NCBI GenBank assembly: GCA_026936335.1
Contig: JAPMXV010000016.1
Location: forward strand, 1-64,000
DNA: 64,000 bases
Origin: Mantamonas sphyraenae STR306
Taxonomy: Eukaryota; Protista; CRuMs
Direction of reading: 5' to 3'
Shown here: piece by piece, positions 11,701 through 22,487 of the stretch
How positions within the stretch are numbered: position 1 is the first letter of the stretch
How the letters are laid out: each line of letters starts with the position of its first letter
Made by a program: the position numbers and the translations under genes
Notes under the pieces: generated by a model
Databases searched by the model: none
Told to the model about the DNA's origin: nothing
Seen by the model: only the letters and a program-made list of their open reading frames with translations

Positions 11701-14700
11701 ACGCAACTGTCCTGCTCCGTGTGGACGACCACAGGCACAGAGTCAAAGAAGCGCGTGGACATCGAACTGGCTGGTGGCATGGTCAACGGCGACGCGAGCT
11801 TTGGCGTGCCGCGTGTGGCGTTCAAACTGAGCAACACAGGCTCGGACGGCAAGCTGGTTGTGAGCGGCGAGGCAGACGTGACTCTGCTGGGCCGCAAGCT
11901 GAAGGCTGGCCTGACGTACACGGACAAGACGCTGACTGCACGTGTGAGTGGCCACGAAACGCCACTCGTGGCGGTGGGCGAGACGCAAGTGTCGCTTGGT
12001 GACCTGGAGGTGGTTATCATGACGCAGAGCAAAGCAGTGAGCGTCAAGGGCGGCGTTGTGTTGACGCTGGCTGGCCTGGACAAGAAGGTGCCTCTTGGGC
12101 TCAACCTGGACGGTGCGACGGGCAAGCTGAAGCTGAGCCGATCGGATTCTGCAGGCGTGGTGTCGTACATGGGTGTGTCTGTGACGAGTGTTGGAGTGGA
12201 TGTGGAGGTGACCAAGGCCAAGGTGTCGACGCTAAAGGTGCATCTGGGTGGCAAAGCGACGCTGGGCGTGGTCGCGCTTACGGACGTGCAGCTCGTCGTG
12301 GACATCGCCAGTGGCGCACCGCTTTCGATTGCGGGCACTGCCCATCTCAAGGTGGACAACCCTCAAATCTCGTTGCCTGTGCAGGTGTCCAGCTCGGTGG
12401 GAGCCAAGGCCTCGGCCCTGGCCTTCCACGCTTCCAACGACAACGGACTGATTGTCTACGGCGGCGTCAAGATGACGCAACTGTCCTGCTCCGTGTGGAC
12501 GACCACAGGCACAGAGTCAAAGAAGCGCGTGGACATCGAACTGGCTGGTGGCATGGTCAACGGCGACGCGAGCTTTGGCGTGCCGCGTGTGGCGTTCAAA
12601 CTGAGCAACACAGGCTCGGACGGCAAGCTGGTTGTGAGCGGCGAGGCAGACGTGACTCTGCTGGGCCGCAAGCTGAAGGCTGGCCTGACGTACACGGACA
12701 AGACGCTGACCGCACGCGTGAGTGGCCACGAAACGCCACTCGTGGCGGTGGGCGAGACGCAAGTGTCGCTTGGTGACCTGGAGGTGGTTATCATGACGCA
12801 GAGCAAAGCAGTGAGCGTCAAGGGCGGCGTTGTGTTGACGCTGGCTGGCCTGGACAAGAAGGTGCCTCTTGGGCTCAGCCTGGATGGTGCGACGGGCAAG
12901 CTGAAGCTAAGCCGATCGGATTCTGCAGGCGTGGTGTCGTACATGGGTGTGTCTGTGACGAGTGTGGGAGTGGATGTGGAGGTGACCAAGGCCAAGGTGT
13001 CGACGCTAAAGGTGCATCTGGGTGGCAAAGCGACGCTGGGCGTGGTCGCGCTTACGGACGTGCAGCTCGTCGTGGACATCGCCAGTGGCGCAAAGACTGT
13101 TTCTGTGTCCGGATCGGCGACGTTTGACTTTGCCAGCAAGGTCTCCGGCCAGGCTGCCATTGCCCTGGCTCGATCTCGCGGTGCACAGTCACTGATCGTC
13201 ACCGTCAATCGCATGCAGACTCGGAAGCTGGCCACCCTCCCTGGTGTGGGAAGCCTCGACCTGAATTCTCTTCTCTTCACGCACACACGCTCCTCCACCG
13301 GGAAGCCTGTGTGGTCTATCTCCGGTGAGGCCGCTCTCTCGCTCGACTTTGTCCCGGAGCCCCTTCAACTTGCCGTTTCCATGGACACTGCCTCCAAGTC
13401 CGTCACCCTTGTTGCCAACAAGGACAGCGGCTCCGTTAAGCTTCGCTCAGCCTATGTCACCCTTGGCACGACCTCTCTGGACGCGCGTCTGTCCCTCGCC
13501 TTCCCCATCAAGGACAACATTGCCTTTGACGCGCTTGATCTTCAGGTCACCGCGTCAAAGCAACACACCGTGGCCAAGGGCTCCTGCAAGCTCGCTTTGT
13601 TTGGAAGCGCAATCTCTGCTTCGGTGGCCATCAGCCAATCCCATCGTGGTGGCCAAAAGATGTCCGAGATCCATCTCAGCGCGGGTGCCCCAACCTCGTC
13701 CTCCGCCTCTCGTCCCTTGATTTCACTTGATGGCGTCGCTTCCGTCTCTGTGCACAAGCTTGCTGCCGTCGTCCGTCGCCAGACTGCCAAGACATCGTTC
13801 GAGCTCTCTGGTGAAGTCGGTGCAAAGGTCGACATTCTTGGCGACAAGCAGTTTGTCCTTGGCATGGCGTACAACTCTTCCTCGCGCAAGATCGTGTTCC
13901 CCTGTGTCACCTCTCGTGGCAACAACTGTCCCTCGCTTCCTGCAAACATCTTTGCATCCCTGAAACACGACAAGCTGCCCACAATTTCGTCCGCCATCCA
14001 ACACTTTTCCCTGGACAAGGCCACCGGTCTCACTCTCCATGGTGTGCTCCAGGTTCAAGACGTGCAACCTCCACTCGACAAGTTGCTCAACCTCAAACTG
14101 ACCTTTGCTGGCTCTGTTTCGGCAAAGGGTCTCTCGTTGACCCTCACAGCCGAACACCCGGAAATCGTCGTGGACATTCCAGACATTCCGCTTCCGGCAG
14201 GCAAGGCAATCCCGCTTGGCCGCACGGCAATCCGCTTCGAAAGGGGCCACATGCAGCTCGATCGCAAGGGCGTCTCCTTCTCCCTGCGTGCCTCTGTCGG
14301 CTTGCCCGCACGCCTCAACTACGTGTTTACCGTTGACCGCAGCGACGGACGATCGTCCACCGACTTTCGATCCTGCTGCAATCCCAACGCAAAATGGTGC
14401 TCACCGCGCACACAGACCACGTGCACCCCAAAGTTCAACCCCATTCAAACCTACGACGGCTCTGCAGACAGTCTCGTCGGCCTCGAGATCGGCTTCAGCA
14501 TTCAGGATGGCCTCTTTGGCAAGCTCTTCAGCACACCATTCACGTTTCTCAAACTCGTCACCGTCGACGACATCCCCTGGTTTGACCTCAATCTTCCCGG
14601 CGTCGGACAGGTTATGTTTCAGTCGCCCGACTTTGCTTTTGACGTCAAGTCCATGATGTTCAAGGCCAAAGGCTCGATTCGCATGCGCAACCTCAGGCTT

Positions 14701-17700
14701 CCGCTGTGGCCGATCAAAAAGGTCCTTGAAGCCACCGGAGGCGACGCCATGGCGAAACCCTTGCCAGATTCGGTCTCTCTTATGTCCTTTGACCTGAACA
14801 AGGGTGGTGAATTTGGCAAGAACCTGATTGATGTCCTAACTGCTGTCTCGCCTGCAAAGATCCCGCCTGCGCTCGTTGATCTCATCGGCTTGTCCTTCCG
14901 TGTCGTCGACACCTCCAAGCTTCCTGACGCCATGCGTGACTACCTGCGCGTCGAGGTTCCCCAGGACACCGCCTTTGACATCGCCATCGGCATGGACTCG
15001 TCCCTTGTCTTTGATCTCAAGTTTGCAGAGAACCCATTGCGCGTCCTCATCCCAACGGGCCCTGGCGTGATTACAGGTATCACCTTGAGCCACATTGGCC
15101 TCGGCGAAGTCCTCTTTGGCCAAGCTCTGCTTTCCAAGACCACGTTCTCCATCACCATGTTCAATCTCGCCGAGATAGCCTTGAGCTGGGTGTTGCCCAA
15201 GCCCAGTCTCACCGGAGACCGCTGCAAAAAGGCGTTTCCCCCCGTCAAATGCCTGGGCTTTGCCAACACAAAGGTCGAGCAGACCATTTCCATGGACGAC
15301 CTCTGGATCTTTTGGTTCTACCAGGCCGGTGTGCCTATTCCTGTGCCTGCGTTCCACAATCACCTGTTGTTCAAGTACCACAACATCCTAGGGGCACACT
15401 TTGAGACCGGCACGGAACTTCCCTTGCCTGCCGCAAACGTCGGAGGCCTGTTCAAGCTCGCCCCGGACATGCTTTCCTTTTTCACCGACAAGAAGGCACG
15501 CATGCCCGAAAAGCTCCCAGATGGACTCTCGCTGCGCTTTTCCGTGCGCAACACTCGTCTCGAGCTGCCCCAGTTTCTGGGAAGCTACCGGCTGGGAAGC
15601 AAGCCAAGCGAAAAGCATCTGTTCAGTGTGTCGGCCTGGGACGTGTTTGCAAAAGCTGCCAACGCCGTCAAGCACGTCAGTGTGAGCGGCTTGGTGTCTT
15701 TAGTGCCCCTCAAGTTCCGCAGCGGCACCTTGTCCATGCGTGTGCTCGACTGGCAGCTTGCAAAGGCCTCCTTTGCACTTGTCAACGTGGCCGAATGGAC
15801 GAAACTGGTCAAGGCCAAGTCCTCGTCCTCAGACTTTTTGCGTGAGCTTCATAGCTTACCAAAAGACCAACGCCACGAATTGCTGGCCATCATTCCTTCA
15901 AACCGCAAGGTGTCCAAGAAGGCCAGCGATTGGTCCTTTGTCACCGTCATCCTCGGTAAGCTGGACATTCCCAACGTCATGTCGCTGCGCACCCAACTGG
16001 CAGTCGGTGCCGTTCCCTCAGACGGCATTGAGGCGGGTCTCGGTTTGCGCATGGACGCACAGTTCTTGCAGGCGTTTGAGCTCATGATCAAGGGCTACAC
16101 CAAGGTGCGCCTGGTCAAGGGTCAGCCCGTCCTCTTCAAGCTTCACGGAGGCATCCGCGTTGCGATGAATGGCGATGATGTTGTCACTGGAACCGCGTAC
16201 CTCGATTCCACAACGGGCATTGGTGTGGACGCATCCATCCGCTTGTTTGATCTGCGCAAGCACGGCTTCTCCATTCGAGGCCGCGTGCGCGGAGAAATCT
16301 CCAAGAAGAGGTTTGCCTTGGAGGGTAGCACGCGCGTGGCTGTACGCGGCTTTCCGCTGGCGCAAGCGCTGATCCAGGGCAACTTTGCCATGACACACGA
16401 GTCTCTGTCGTTGAAGGGTACGTTCATGGGCAAGAAGGCCGACTTTGACGTCCACGTCAAGAAAGGCTTGCGCGCAGACATGTCTGCGTTTGGTATCAAG
16501 AACGTCCTCTACTTTGCCGGCCGCAGCAAATACGGTGGGCCCATGGTACGCGTGGGACGCCCCGGCCTTGAGCTGAGTGTCCACGCCACCGTCCTCCAAG
16601 TCACAGGCAAAGCCGACATGAAGATCACCAATCAAGGTTCTTTTGTCAAGCTCGAGGGCAACGTGATGGGCAACGACATGCTGCAGGCCAGTCTGCACCT
16701 GGAAACGCCCCAGCAGATCTACAACCCCGTTGGCGCAAGGGTGTTGGCTACAGCCAAGTTTGGCAACGGCAAGGTGCTCAAAATGTTCAAGACGATCTAC
16801 GATGCCGCACGCAAGGTGGCACAGGTGGCCGCAGGAGCAGCGCGTACTGCGCTGGAGGCAGCAAAGTTCAGCTATGAAGCCTTCAAGAAGGGTGTCCAAG
16901 CTGCCTACGACGCTGCAAAGGCCGCTCTCAAGGTGGCCAAGAGTGGATTGGACACGTTCGCAGGCGTCATGCGTGGCATGGGACTCTACAATGGCGGCGG
17001 CAGCGGCAGCGGCGGCCCCAAAAAGATTTCCAAGGCCGAGCTGGACAAGCTCATGAAGGCCCGCGGCTTGCGCGACGACCAAGGTCCCAACAGCGTTTAC
17101 GGCGAGGATGTTGTCCACAACAACGTGCATGGTTGTGAACTGTGGCGATATCACACTCGGAACGGTGACGAGTCGCAATGCCCCAGCGCGGAGGAGCTGC
17201 ACGACATGGGATACGGCATGTCACCCGCAGAAGCCGCTCGCCATGTGCGCGACGCAGACGAATTGCCCTGGTTGCGAAAACACCTGGCCAACATCGACGC
17301 ACATGTTCGCGCCATCGACGCGCTGGAAACCGAGCAAGTCGAACGCATGCTCGCCAAACTGGACGTGCGACGCAAGGCTGTGGCGCATCTCATTCACGTT
17401 GGCAAAGAGCGTGGCGAAGTGGGCCCCATCATGCAGTGGCTTCACGATCAGCAACAGATGATCAACGCTGGATCCCTTGCTGACGCCGAGGACGTCGACT
17501 TTGCTTCTGATACGTCACTGCTTGACCCCAGCAGCGAAGACGACACCATCAACAGTGACATCGACGACAACGGCTCGGATGACGAAGAAGTGCAGGAAGC
17601 CCATGCGAACCCTACCCAATGGATTTCGGAGGACGACGAAATCGTGGAAGAGCAAGAGATTGACCTTGAGGACGATGACGAACTGTTCGGCCGCAGACGC

Positions 17701-19638
17701 AGACGCAGGCGAAGGCGCCGCCGCCGCCGCCGAGGGTTCTGGGGACGCGTAAGCCGTGGCATCAGCAAAACGGCACGATCGGTGGGCCGTGGCATCAGCC
17801 GAGCTGCAAAGTCCGTGGGACGTGCCGTTCGAACTGTGGTGAGTGCTCTCAACCCGAAAGAGATCCTGAAGCGAGCAAAGAAGAAGCTGAAGGAGGGCAG
17901 CACAGCGATTGGCAATTTCATCAAAATCCTCAAGCCTGTCAAGTGGGCTTGGGATGCTCTGAAGAAGTTTGTCAAGGTGCTGATCGACGGCATGGAAAAG
18001 GGCGTGTCCCTGGCGCAAAAAGGCGTGGACGAAATCAAGCACAGCATCGATGCATTCCGACGCAAGGCAGGCATCGAGGAGTTGACCGAGAAGGTGGAAG
18101 GTCTTGTCAAGTTCATGGAGGACTTCCCACGCCTGGAAATCCGTACACTCGAGTTTGAGGCGTCCATGAACCGCATCCTGGACGCGGCTGTGGCGTTTCG
18201 CTTTGCACTGGATCTGGTCACTGACAACAAGGGCAGAGAAACCTACCAGCAGGAGTTCAAGGTGCGCATGAATTCGCTGGCTTCTGACCTCGTGCAGCTG
18301 ATGCACACTGCGTTTGACGACATCAAGGACTTTGTCATGGGCAACGGCAACGCTGTACGCAAGCGCAAGCAAGAGGGCGAACGTTGCTCAAACAACTTGG
18401 ATTGCTTTTCATTTGTGTGTGCTCGCCGCCAAGGCTTGCACCGCGTGTGTGTGAGCAAGGCAGGCATGGAAGCTGGCGAGTACTGCGACGTGAGCGCTCC
18501 TCGATGCGCACATGGCCTAGCGTGCGCACCTGACGCAGCAAACAACAAGCGAGCTCGCTGCGTGCTTCCCGCGTACTCTGAGTGCTCAGAGGGCAATCAG
18601 TGCTCGTCGGGCAAGTGCTCTACCTTGCTCAAGTTGTGTGTGCCAAAGACGGGCTTTGCGCTCGGCGAAGCTTGCGACAGCAGTGTCGAGTGTGCTTCAG
18701 GTCTTGAATGTTTCAAGAGGAGCGCAGGCGCGAATTCCATGACATGTCAGGCTCCCACCAAGCGTCAAGCAAACGCCCTCACAGACGGCGACCGCATCCG
18801 CTTGCGACTTGCAACTACGACGAGCGTACTCAAGGTGAAGGCCAAGGGCACCATCTTGAGCGCAGGCACTGCCCAAGACAGCACTGCAGACGAGCGTACC
18901 TGGTTCAGAGTCGTGGGTGTGGACGCAAAGCACGTCTGCCTGCAGCAAGCAAACGGCAAGTATGTGGGCGTCGTGGGCAGCGACGCCGTTCGCGCAGATG
19001 TGCTTGAATGTCCCACCAATCCGCGGGCACAGTGGGCGTGGCGATCAGTTGGCACGACCTTGGTCATGCTCAAAAACCGTGCGACCCAGGGCATCCTTGG
19101 TGTGTCGACGCAAGATCCAACCATAGTCCATGGCAGCGCGACGCAGACCAAACGCATGCTGTTTGCGGTTCTCCGTGCTCATCGTGATCTGCGTGGAGGT
19201 GACCGTGTTGCGTTGCAATTCTCGGTTGGGACAACGTCGCGCTGGTTGGCTCCTGCGAATGATCGCCTGACCCTGAGCTCCAAGTCGCACACCTTTGCCG
19301 TAGTCGAAACCTCTTCTGGGGAGCTGGCCTTCAAGGACGACACGGGACACTATGTGCGGTTCGAACCGTCCGGTAAGGTGTTGCTGCGTGGAGGAACAGA
19401 GATCAAGAGGAGCGCGCTCTTCAATGTGCTCCCTGTGGGTGAGGACGAGTCTGCGGTGCAGCTCGTTGCAGCCGACAGCAAGGAGACCATTGGAACGACC
19501 AAGGACAACAAGGTGGGTGCAGTGGACAGTGCCACCGCCCCTGCAGTGCACGTTTTCCGACGCACCACAAGCGATGCAGCACAGGTCCAGGCCGCCGAAC
19601 GCACCTGTGGAACGCAGGGCAAATGTCCAGGGTGGTGA
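8708..19638 (+). CDS. Giant secreted protein (~3,561 aa); join(8708..8804,9050..19638); signal peptide, long beta-strand region with 4x258-aa repeats, helical region with acidic/Arg14/amphipathic cassette, Cys-rich repeats, C-terminal beta-trefoil (fascin/ricin-B-like) region
   Basis: Signal peptide MSGFKPSNTLVFPALLLLCLLCVPTVTHA. GTACGT donor at 8805. ACTGAC branch (9001) and CTCTCCAG acceptor (9049) give the correct phase into the 10.6-kb open frame. Confidence 0.85.
10001..13092 (+). repeat. Coding tandem repeat, 4 near-identical copies of 774 bp (258 aa)
   Basis: Unit TTTCGATTGCGGGCACTGCC starts at 10001, 10775, 11549 and 12323. Only scattered single-base differences. Confidence 0.97.
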
Positions 19639-19739
19639 AAAGTACCGAGATTCTTGTATTGGGGAAGGCTGGAAAAGCGCGCGAGCGTGTGTGCGTGTGT
19701 GCGTCACGTCACGCAAACTCCGCAAACTCCAATCAAAAC

Positions 19740-20458
19740 TCACCCGAGCACACTTTTCAGCTCCTCCTCCAACCCTGCATCCACCGCATAATCCATCACA
19801 CTCCTCCCCCATTTATCCTGCGCCTCCACGTCAGCACCAGCATCCACCAACGCCTTCAAGTGCACCGCGTTCTTTTGCTCCAGCGAGTACATCAGCGCCG
19901 TCTTGCTCCACTTGTCCGCTGCGTTGACGTCCGCGCCAGCCTCCAAAAGCGACGTCACCACACCTGCTTCCTCCGAGATGACCCCTGCGTGAAGCGCAGT
20001 CTCCTCCATGTTTGCCTTGACGCCCACGTCCGCGCCGTTGGCCAGCAGCGCATCCACGCTTTCTTTCCACCCGGCGCTCGCCGCCACATGCAGCGCCGTC
20101 TGCCCTGCGCAGTCCGCCAGCCCCAACGTGGCTCCCCCCGCCAGCAGCGCCTTCACACACCCAGCGTTTGACGCGCACATCAGCGCGGTGCGCTCCATCC
20201 CGTTTTGCTTGTCTGCCGTTGCTCCTGCTTCCAACAGCTTCGTCACCACCTCCTCATACCCAGTCTGGGCCGCACTCATCAACGCCGTCCGATCAAACTT
20301 GTCCACCGCATCCAGATCTGCCTCCGCTCCTGCCAGCTCCGCCACCTTGTCTGCCCATCCCTCAACGATCGCTTGTCTCTGCTCCCACCCGTGTCAGCCT
20401 TCCCTCTTGCCGCCCTTCCCTACCCACCAACCCATCAACCCACCAATTCCTCGCTCAT
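19740..20458 (-). CDS. Ankyrin-repeat protein (~217 aa); complement(join(19740..20378,20444..20458))
   Basis: Repeated D..G/.TAL..AA..G....V..LL..GADVN motifs. Micro-exon MSEEL with GTGGGT donor and GCTGAC..CAG acceptor gives MSEELRQAIVEG. Confidence 0.85.
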
Positions 20459-20516
20459 CTCCTGGTTCCCTGTCAGAAAAAGGTTTGAATTGCCTCCAAC
20501 CCCGCACCAAAACCAA

Positions 20517-22337
20517 TCACCTGCTTCTCCGCCTCACCCTCAACCCCTTCCTCACATCCGTCCCACTGCTCGTTCGCATCACACTCTTCCTCCTCTTCCC
20601 ACCCAGCTTTGTGAACCAGCGCCTACCCTTCCCCTTGGCCGTCTTTCCTCCTTCCTCCTCCTCCTCCTCCCCTTCCTCCCCGTCCCCGTCCCCGGCAATC
20701 TCCTCCTTTTTCCCCTCCACGTACGCCCGATTTGCCGCCGTTAGACGCCCAGGCATCTTTTCCGCCAGCGACACAAGGTTGTCCAGCAGCGCAACCACCT
20801 CCTCGGGCTCCAGCGCGTTGATCACCGTCATCTTTTCCACAAAGTCCACCGCTTCTCTGAACGAGCACCCAAAGTTCAACATGTTGTACCCAAACGACCC
20901 CAACTGCCCAAACGCAATGTTCTTTTCCATGAACGACCGGTTCGCCAGCGACTCTTCATCCAGCTCCTTCCACCGCTGCTGCTCCAGCCCGGATTTCTGC
21001 CGCTCCTTGTTCATCGACAGGAAGAACGTTTCGTTCCAGAAGCGTGTGTTGTGGAAAATCTCCAGCCCGTTCACCTGCGTCTGCACAAACTCGTTCTCCC
21101 CGTCTTCCTCCCGCTGCCGATAAAACGTGATTGCCATGTGCATCGTCCGCATCGCCGTCAGATAGTCCTCCTCCCGGTCGCTTGCGCTCAACGCCACCCG
21201 AAACACCTTTGCCAGCCCAAAGAAGCTCCTGCTCGACACTTCCATCTCCTCTGACCGGTGCTCGTCCAGCATGTCTGCCAGTTCCCGACGAAACTCGGCG
21301 CTTTGGTTGCACAGATGCAGAAACGGCCCAATCTCCTCATCCTCAATGTTCCCTTCCTCCTCGTCCCCGTCTCCAAACAGCAGCTCCATGCACGCCGCCG
21401 CTTTCACCACCGCCGTGTCTGCATCCAAGTCCAACGCCTCGTCCCGCTCCGCCTGCAAAATCGCCAGCTCGTCCACGCTCAAATCCACGCGTGGGCCCGC
21501 CTCACCCTCGTCTTCCTCCAGAGCGTCTTTCTCAAACTGCAGGCTCGCCATCGACCCTTCCTCCAGTCCGTGAATCCTCCCCATCTTTTCCACAAACCCG
21601 TTCACCGTGTCCACCTCCACCCCATACCCCACCATCGTCAGCCCAAACTGGCCCAGTTGTGCAAAAGCCACGTTCTTTTCCAGTTCCATGATCTGTGCCT
21701 TTTCCTCCGCCTCCAGGTCGCTCCACCCCGGCGCATTCAGTCCGTTTCGCGTCCGTTCCTCCTCCATTTTGTCTGCCAACCCCACGTGTCAGCCTCTCTG
21801 CGTCCCTCGACTTTCCCCATTCTCTCCCGCTTCCCACCTCCTCCTCGCCCCCCCTCCCTTCCACCCCTCCCCGTGCAACAACTCACTAAAGAAACTCTCC
21901 AGCCAAAAGCTTTCGCTCCGCAGCAGCTCGTGCGCACGCAGCCGCTCCTGCACATAAACTCTCCGCTGCCTCTTTGCACACGTCATAAACACGCTCGTGC
22001 CTGTCAGCAGCAAATGATATGCACTCGTGTACGTTTTCGCCGACCCACTTGCGTGGACATGCTCCAAACTCTCCCTGTACATCGCCACCACCGTCTCAAA
22101 CAGCTCCCCGTCCACCTCTACTCCTCCGCCCCGTCTCGACTCAATCTCCTCTGCAAAGCGCAAGCGAAACACGTCATTCAACGCAAGCAGTTCCCTGCAC
22201 TCCTCCGCCACTTCTGCAAATCCGTCCCCGCGGCCTTCCAGCACGCGCCCTGCACACCTTTCTGCATACTCCAGTAGCCCGTCCACCGTCCACCCAACCG
22301 GTGGTGCCCGCGGTGCCCCTCCCCCATCGCTCGACAT
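20517..22337 (-). CDS. Protein with two tandem SBF1/SBF2 (MADD/myotubularin-associated)-like domains (~568 aa); complement(join(20517..21772,21887..22337))
   Basis: Twice-repeated FW..xFF....ER....W..L....EKN(V/I)AF.QLG.FG..M..(Y/F)G motif. GTGAGT donor at 21886 and GCTGAC..GGCAG acceptor at 21773. The 3' end is somewhat uncertain. Confidence 0.7.
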
Positions 22338-22487
22338 GTTCCTTCCACGATCAAAGAATGGACCTGGTTTTCTGCTGCCTCCATTCGGGTTGCAAACACC
22401 CCCAAACACCCCCCCCCCGCACAACCGTACCACCATCCGCACCTCTGGTCACACACCCTCCCCCCCCTCCCCCCCAAACACCCCCCT

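Noticed and set aside
10001-13092. CRISPR array or non-coding satellite
   Set aside because: Contiguous in-frame coding repeats with no spacers, in a eukaryotic context.
20459-20560. Fusion of the SBF2-domain gene to the ankyrin gene by splicing
   Set aside because: Phase-compatible GTGAGG donors exist, but the ankyrin gene has its own ATG micro-exon that completes the first repeat. Two genes is the simpler model and needs RNA data to settle.
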